From an uncultured bacterium (GTDB taxonomy: Bacteria > Fidelibacterota > Marinisomatia > Marinisomatales > UBA1611), in contig CALSPG010000010.1 of assembly GCA_943788175.1 (NCBI GenBank), positions 13,394-77,393 on the forward strand: 64,000 bases of DNA. The letters run 5' to 3'. How positions within the stretch are numbered: the first letter of the stretch is position 1; the number at the start of each line of letters is the position of its first letter. The position numbers and the translations under genes are program-made. Below, in pieces: positions 62,115 to 64,000 of this stretch. The notes beneath the pieces were generated by a model that ran no database searches, was not told where the DNA came from, and worked only from the letters and a program-made list of their open reading frames with translations.

Positions 62115-63035
62115 TTATTTGATATCCTTGATTCTATCTTCTTTACCTTGACTAAAGCGTGCAATTATTTCACCTAGCAGCCCAATAGAGAAAAACTGGA
62201 TTCCAATTATTATTAATATAACTCCCAGTAATAGAAGTGCAATATGTTTTGAAAAAGGCTCAAGTAAAACGAATTTGTAATAGATGACCATTAATTCAAC
62301 AAAAAAGCCAGCTATAAAAGTTGCCAACCCGATTGAACCAAAGAAATGCAATGGTTGCTGAGTATATTTATTAAGAAATAAAATAGTAAGAAGATCAAAA
62401 AACCCGTGGAATATTCTTGAACCTCCATATTTAGTTTCACCATATATTCTAGGCCGATGATTAACAACGATTTCGGATACTGAAAAATTCATTTGTCCTG
62501 CTAAGGCAGGTATGTAACGATGCCTGCCACCAAAAACCTCTATAGACTTTATTACAGAACTGCGATAAGCCTTCAAACCACAATTAAAATCATGTATCTT
62601 AACACCGGTTAGTACTCTGGTCACAAAATTAAAAATTTTTGATGGGAATGTTTTTGTCCACGGGTCATATCTTTTTTGTTTCCAGCCTGATACGAGATCA
62701 TAACCCTCATCTAACTTGTTTATAAGATTAGGAATTTCGTTTGGGTCGTCTTGCAAATCCGCGTCCATCGTTATAATTATTTCGCCAGATGCGTATTTAA
62801 AACCTTCAGACAACGCAGCTGACTTACCAAAATTTCGATAAAAGCTAATTAGTTTTACTCTCTTATCTTCATTGGATAAATCAATTATAGCTTTTTCCGA
62901 TTTATCTGATGAACCATCATTAATAAAGATAATTTCATATTTTTTTTGATTTTTAAGAGCTGCTGATATTTGCATATACAGTTCTTTAATTGATTCTTGC
63001 TCATTGAAGACTGGTATTACTACAGAAATTTTCAT
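62115..63035 (-). CDS. Family 2 glycosyltransferase, polyprenol-phosphate (ArnC/GtrB/Dpm1-like)
   Basis: VVIPVFNE, NDGS, RNFGKSAAL, MDADLQDDP, DFNCGLKAYR, two C-terminal TMs. Confidence 0.93.
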   Translation of the reverse strand: MKISVVIPVFNEQESIKELYMQISAALKNQKKYEIIFINDGSSDKSEKAIIDLSNEDKRVKLISFYRNFGKSAALSEGFKYASGEIIITMDADLQDDPNEIPNLINKLDEGYDLVSGWKQKRYDPWTKTFPSKIFNFVTRVLTGVKIHDFNCGLKAYRSSVIKSIEVFGGRHRYIPALAGQMNFSVSEIVVNHRPRIYGETKYGGSRIFHGFFDLLTILFLNKYTQQPLHFFGSIGLATFIAGFFVELMVIYYKFVLLEPFSKHIALLLLGVILIIIGIQFFSIGLLGEIIARFSQGKEDRIKDIK

Positions 63036-63037
63036 AA

Positions 63038-63622
63038 TTAGCCTAATATTATATTCCAATATTTTCTTAAATCTATAAAATCAATACTTGGAATTCTTGA
63101 TTTTATTATAATCAATAACTCACTTCTATTTGTACCGTCAGAAAAAATAGCTTTATTCAATAAAGGATCATCAGGATTACTTTTTTCCAATATAATTTTG
63201 GCATTATCAAACCCTAAAGAATCTATATAATCAAAGGAAATATTTTTGCCCCATAAAAAGTGCGTTAAATCAATAGGTTGTAAAAAAGATAAAACAGGAA
63301 GTAAATCATTAATTTGCGAGTGATTATATTTTTTATTTTCTATCAAATTCCAGGCATTAGCAGAATCAGATGTTAACGCAAGCAGAAGAACTTTTCTTCC
63401 TAAAAAATCACTAAACTGAAAAAAAGAGCTATCATTTTGCGCTAAAAAATCAAATGATAATTGACCGCTAAAATTACCAATGCTTGATATAGTTCCTCTA
63501 CCACTACAAGAGACAAATTGAATTATTTCTTTTTCTTGGTTTACTTTTAATATTGATTGGTTTTGCATTCTGATACAGCCAGAGAAAAAAACAAGAAAGA
63601 ATATTATCAGCATAAACTTCAT
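63038..63622 (-). CDS. Hypothetical lipoprotein (LolB/DUF4292-like possible)
   Basis: Lipobox FSGC; follows TPR gene. Confidence 0.5.
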   Translation of the reverse strand: MKFMLIIFFLVFFSGCIRMQNQSILKVNQEKEIIQFVSCSGRGTISSIGNFSGQLSFDFLAQNDSSFFQFSDFLGRKVLLLALTSDSANAWNLIENKKYNHSQINDLLPVLSFLQPIDLTHFLWGKNISFDYIDSLGFDNAKIILEKSNPDDPLLNKAIFSDGTNRSELLIIIKSRIPSIDFIDLRKYWNIILG

Positions 63623-64000
63623 TCTATTTTTATTTTTTGCTGTATGGAAAGGCTATCTCCTCCAATATTGATTGCTTGCATATAAATTAGATTAGCCTTA
63701 GAAATTTGATCTGTTGCCTTTAAAATATCTGCTAAATGCTCAACTATAACAGGATTTTCAGCATCTATACTATATGATTTTTGAACATGTTCTAACGCTT
63801 TTTCATATTGTTCTAAATTATAATAAATCCAGCCTAAAGTATCTAGGTAAGGCGCTGAACCTGGTTCAATTCTCGTTGCAATCAATGACATTTCTAAAGC
63901 AAGCTCTAAATTCGCTTTTCTTTCAACTAAACTATATGCAAAATTGTTGTATGCTTGAGCATCAGTTGAATCAGAGTTAATTAAGTCAAAGTATAAGCTA
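63619..64000 (-). CDS. Tetratricopeptide-repeat protein (partial, runs off window end)
   Basis: Open frame to the window edge: ..AQAYNNFAYSLVE..NLELALEMS...YLDTLGWIYY..VEHLAD. Confidence 0.88.
   Translation of the reverse strand, partial: SLYFDLINSDSTDAQAYNNFAYSLVERKANLELALEMSLIATRIEPGSAPYLDTLGWIYYNLEQYEKALEHVQKSYSIDAENPVIVEHLADILKATDQISKANLIYMQAINIGGDSLSIQQKIKIE

Noticed and set aside
2302-63980. Numerous short ORFs in the track antisense to or nested in long genes (e.g. 2302-2502, 4618-4998, 29154-29552, 33303-33647, 41290-41670, 59649-59885)
   Set aside because: Shadow frames of well-supported genes, with no recognisable motifs.
1-64000. CRISPR arrays, tRNA/rRNA genes, prophage or defence systems
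   Set aside because: Intergenic regions inspected by eye show no regularly spaced repeats, cloverleafs or such genes.

Overview
An AT-rich (roughly 30% GC by eye) bacterial chromosome segment, mostly minus-strand housekeeping and envelope genes. Gene content and style (T9SS/FlgD-type C-terminal domain, BatA/vWA, YfhO, PASTA-rsmB-fmt-def-yajC) suggest an FCB-superphylum organism, probably Marinimicrobia/SAR406-like; that placement is inference. The main finding is a tightly coupled + strand four-gene operon (29637-34110) directly behind a 6S RNA: class I HMG-CoA-reductase-like enzyme, PlsC-type acyltransferase, a close homolog of eukaryotic alkyl-DHAP synthase (AGPS), and a DHRS7/7B-like SDR. 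This maps step for step onto the peroxisomal ether-lipid pathway. The HMGR homolog keeps its catalytic residues but lacks the HMG-carboxylate-binding Lys, making it a candidate fatty/isoprenoid acyl-CoA reductase. The operon converges on an acyclic-terpene-utilisation (atuA/C/E/D-like) cluster. Other notable items are an IleRS2 with the swapped GVHH signature linked to mupirocin hyper-resistance, and a glycosylation locus where a decayed GT4 gene faces an intact, inverted GT4 homolog preceded by an IS30 remnant and a GT2 remnant. About ten genes are split by 1-nt indels, often in homopolymers, most likely sequencing/assembly errors. I saw no CRISPR array, tRNA or rRNA.
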